NCBI GenBank assembly: GCA_026709745.1
Contig: JAPOSJ010000126.1
Coordinates: forward strand, 1 to 29,718
DNA from: Candidatus Dadabacteria bacterium
GTDB lineage: Bacteria > Desulfobacterota_D > UBA1144 > Nemesobacterales > Nemesobacteraceae
DNA length: 29,718 nucleotides
Direction of reading: 5' to 3'
Both the position numbers and the translations under genes were made by a program. The notes below the pieces were generated by a model. The model was not told the origin of the DNA. It saw nothing but the letters and a program-made list of their open reading frames with translations, and did not search any database. Of this stretch, positions 26,946 to 29,718 are shown piece after piece; within the stretch, counting starts at the first letter, position 1; each line of letters starts with the position of its first letter.

Positions 26946-29552
26946 TTATTTTTTCGCCTTCTCAACAAGCTCGGCGAGTTTCCCAAGTGCCTCAATAGGG
27001 GTCATGTTATCGGGATCAAGACCTGCCAGATCCTCGACTACAAGCTTTTCTTTCTGAAACACCTCCTCAGCCTCCTCTTCATCTTCTTCCACATTGAAAA
27101 GAAGCAGCTGGCCGCCGAGCATGGACCGGGAAAGATCGGCTTTGAACTTCTCAAGGGAAAAAAGTACCTCCCGGGCAGAATTAAGCACCTTGGCCGGAAC
27201 TCCTGCAAGCCGAGCCACCTGAATCCCGTAGCTGTGGCTTGTGGCTCCGGGGAGAAGCCTGCGCAGAAACAGTATTTCCCCTCCCTGCTCCTTTACCGCT
27301 ACGTTTGAGTTGGTGATCCCGGGCTTTACGTCTGCCAGGTTTGAGAGCTCGTGGTAGTGCGTAGCGAAAAGTGTGAGGGGTCCGAGGTCGTATAAATACT
27401 CAGATACGGCCCATGCTATACTCATACCGTCAAATGTGCTGGTTCCCCGCCCGATCTCATCCAGTATGACGAGGCTTCGGTGGGTAGCATTGTGCAGGAT
27501 GTGCGCCGTCTCAACCATCTCTACCATAAAGGTTGACTGTCCGGCGGTAAGATTGTCAGAAGCCCCGACCCTTGAGAATATCCGGTCAAATATCCCCAGT
27601 GTGGCCTCCCGGGCCGGAATGAAGCTTCCCATCTGCGCCATAAGGACTACAAGTGCGACCTGCCTTATAAGTGTCGACTTGCCGGACATGTTGGGCCCCG
27701 TGATTATCATGAAGCGCTCAGCCTCCGAATCGAGTGTGACATCATTTGGGACAAAGCCTTTCTCTGCGGCGATACTCTCGACTACCGGGTGGCGACAGTC
27801 AGAAAGCTTAAGTACCGGGCGGTCTGTAAACTCTGGTGCACAGTAGCCGTAGCGCGACGCTATCTCCCCCATGGAGCAGAAAACGTCTGTCTCGGCCACA
27901 GACAATGCCGTTGCGGATACGCGGGCTGACTCGGCGGCCGCCCGGGCCCGCACTTCTTCGAAAAGGGATGCCTCAAGCGTTACTATTTTCTCAGCAGCTG
28001 TGAGTATCTGTTCTTCGTATTCCTTGAGTTTCAGGGAAGTGAAGCGCTCGCTCCCCGCAAGCGTCTGTCTTCTTGAGTAATCTTCTGGTACAAGTGGAAG
28101 CCTTGAGTTTGTAACCTCTATGTAGTAGCCGAACACCCTGTTGTAACCGATTTTGAGGTTATTTATCCCCGTACGCTCCCTCTCGCTTGCCTCAAGCTCG
28201 GATATCCACCGCCGCCCGTCGCTCTGGATGTTGCGCAGGTGGTCAAGCTCAGGGGAGAAGCCCTCCCTTATCACTCCTCCCTCACGTGCAAGCGCTGGAG
28301 GGCTGTCAACAACTGCCCTTTTAAGGTAGTCGCTAAGGTCTTGAAAGGGGTCCATCCTCTTTTGAAGCGAAACTAGGCTCTCGGATTTAAGGTTCCCCAT
28401 GGCGTCCCGAAGCATCTTTACGTGCAGGGAGGAATCCCTTAGGGACGCAAGGTCCCCGGGTTTCGCAGAAGGAGTCTCGATTCTGCGCATGAGCCTCTCA
28501 AGGTCCCCGACGCGGCGAAGCTCTCCCATGAGTGTTTCCCTTGTAGAGTGGTTCTCAAGGAGATCTGCGACCGCGACCTGTCTTTTTTTTATCTCCCCAA
28601 CGTCAAGCAGTGGATAGCTCATCCAGCGACGGAGAAGCCTTGAGCCCATGGGGCAGCGGCACTCGTCCATAACCCCAAGCAGGGAATGTTTTTTCGATCC
28701 TTCGCTTGAGACCCGAAGCTCAAGGTTTCTTGCCGTCCACTCATCCATTTTCATGTAGGAGACGGTATCGTAGTACTTGGGGAACTCTATTCGGGGAAGA
28801 AAGTCTCTCTGGGTTTCCCGCAGGTAATCAAAAAGCGCTCCGCAGGCAAGGACGCATGCGGGAGTCTTCTCGATCTCAAGTGCCTTGAGGGTAAGTACCC
28901 CGAAGCCGTCGCGGAGGACCTCCGCACACCTCTCAAGGTCCCATTTCCACGAATCGACTTTGGTTACCAGAGTATGGGGACTACGGTCAAGCAGGGATTT
29001 AAGCCAGGGGGGATCCGTATCCCGCTTCGGAATCAATATTTCTTTCGGGTTTATGTTCGCAAGCTCGGAGAGGATGTCCTGCAGGGAGCGGAAAAATGAA
29101 GTTCGGAACTCTCCTGTTGAGATATCACAGAAAGAAAGAGCGAAACTGTCTTCTTCCACAGCGACACAGGCAAGATAATTGTTACTCCCTGATTCAAGGT
29201 TCTCTGAATCCAGAAGTGCCCCGGGAGTAAGAACCCTAACTACCTTTCTCTCAACTATTCCCTTTGTCTGACTAGCACTGCCCACCTGCTCGCATATCGC
29301 CACCTTTTTCCCGCTTCCCAGTAGCTTTGATATATGAGGCTCTGCGCTGTGGAAGGGAACTCCGCAGAGTGGTATGGGATTCTTCTTAGAGCGATCTCTT
29401 GATGTGAGGGCTATTCCGAGTATTTCCGACGCGATCTTTGCGTCATCGTAGAACATCTCGTAGAAATCCCCGAGCCTGAAAAGAAGTATAGAGTCAGGAT
29501 GCTCTTTCTTTACACTCAGGTACTGGTTCATTAAAGGAGTCTGTGAACTCAT
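26946..29552 (-). CDS. mutS: DNA mismatch repair protein MutS
   Basis: Motifs TPLMNQY, FRLGDFYEMF, CGVPFH, TGPNMSGKST, STFMVEM, DEIGRGTST, FATHYHEL and SYGIQVARLAG. Confidence 0.99.
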   Translation of the reverse strand: MSSQTPLMNQYLSVKKEHPDSILLFRLGDFYEMFYDDAKIASEILGIALTSRDRSKKNPIPLCGVPFHSAEPHISKLLGSGKKVAICEQVGSASQTKGIVERKVVRVLTPGALLDSENLESGSNNYLACVAVEEDSFALSFCDISTGEFRTSFFRSLQDILSELANINPKEILIPKRDTDPPWLKSLLDRSPHTLVTKVDSWKWDLERCAEVLRDGFGVLTLKALEIEKTPACVLACGALFDYLRETQRDFLPRIEFPKYYDTVSYMKMDEWTARNLELRVSSEGSKKHSLLGVMDECRCPMGSRLLRRWMSYPLLDVGEIKKRQVAVADLLENHSTRETLMGELRRVGDLERLMRRIETPSAKPGDLASLRDSSLHVKMLRDAMGNLKSESLVSLQKRMDPFQDLSDYLKRAVVDSPPALAREGGVIREGFSPELDHLRNIQSDGRRWISELEASERERTGINNLKIGYNRVFGYYIEVTNSRLPLVPEDYSRRQTLAGSERFTSLKLKEYEEQILTAAEKIVTLEASLFEEVRARAAAESARVSATALSVAETDVFCSMGEIASRYGYCAPEFTDRPVLKLSDCRHPVVESIAAEKGFVPNDVTLDSEAERFMIITGPNMSGKSTLIRQVALVVLMAQMGSFIPAREATLGIFDRIFSRVGASDNLTAGQSTFMVEMVETAHILHNATHRSLVILDEIGRGTSTFDGMSIAWAVSEYLYDLGPLTLFATHYHELSNLADVKPGITNSNVAVKEQGGEILFLRRLLPGATSHSYGIQVARLAGVPAKVLNSAREVLFSLEKFKADLSRSMLGGQLLLFNVEEDEEEAEEVFQKEKLVVEDLAGLDPDNMTPIEALGKLAELVEKAKK

Positions 29553-29718
29553 TTAATGAACTATTATACTGAATTTAAGTGGGGTTTCTGAACTGCCGGA
29601 GGCGGATGATGAGTCATCATTGATCGGGGGTTTCTTCAAGTTTTTTGAGCATTTTTCCGGACATGTTCTCAGGGTTGTTGTAAATAGCCACTGATTCTCT
29701 AAATACTGAGACTGCGGT

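Noticed and set aside
29553-29718. Possible 3' end of a gene upstream of mutS (two minus-strand frames are open from the window edge)
   Set aside because: The fragment is too short to choose a frame or assign a product.

Overview
About 30 kb of a bacterial chromosome. The gene set and style suggest a deltaproteobacteria-like lineage such as Candidatus Dadabacteria, which is an inference I cannot confirm without a search. A core block (GT2, dapL, glycosyltransferase, PAP2, VKOR-Trx, M23-bactofilin, PCuAC-SCO, groES-groL, mutS) is interleaved with two accessory regions. The left region (1-9607) holds an RloA/RloB-like pair, a secreted HExxH peptidase with a small partner, an AAA+DUF4143 ATPase, and four decayed toxin-antitoxin modules (hipA, abiEi, vapBC45, PIN). 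The right region (20457-26863, between groES and mutS) holds a second AAA+DUF4143 ATPase preceded by four 23-bp repeats, an intact HEPN-MNT pair, and a translationally coupled trio: TIGR04255-like gene, unknown gene, ADP-ribosyltransferase-like gene. The two best leads are (1) that trio as a reverse-order toxin-antitoxin-chaperone-like defence system and (2) an unannotated ~90-nt candidate sRNA downstream of groL, with its own sigma70 promoter, Fur-like box, anti-Shine-Dalgarno seed and terminator. I saw no rRNA, tRNA, CRISPR array, transposase or integrase. All family assignments come from motif recognition by eye; no database searches were run.
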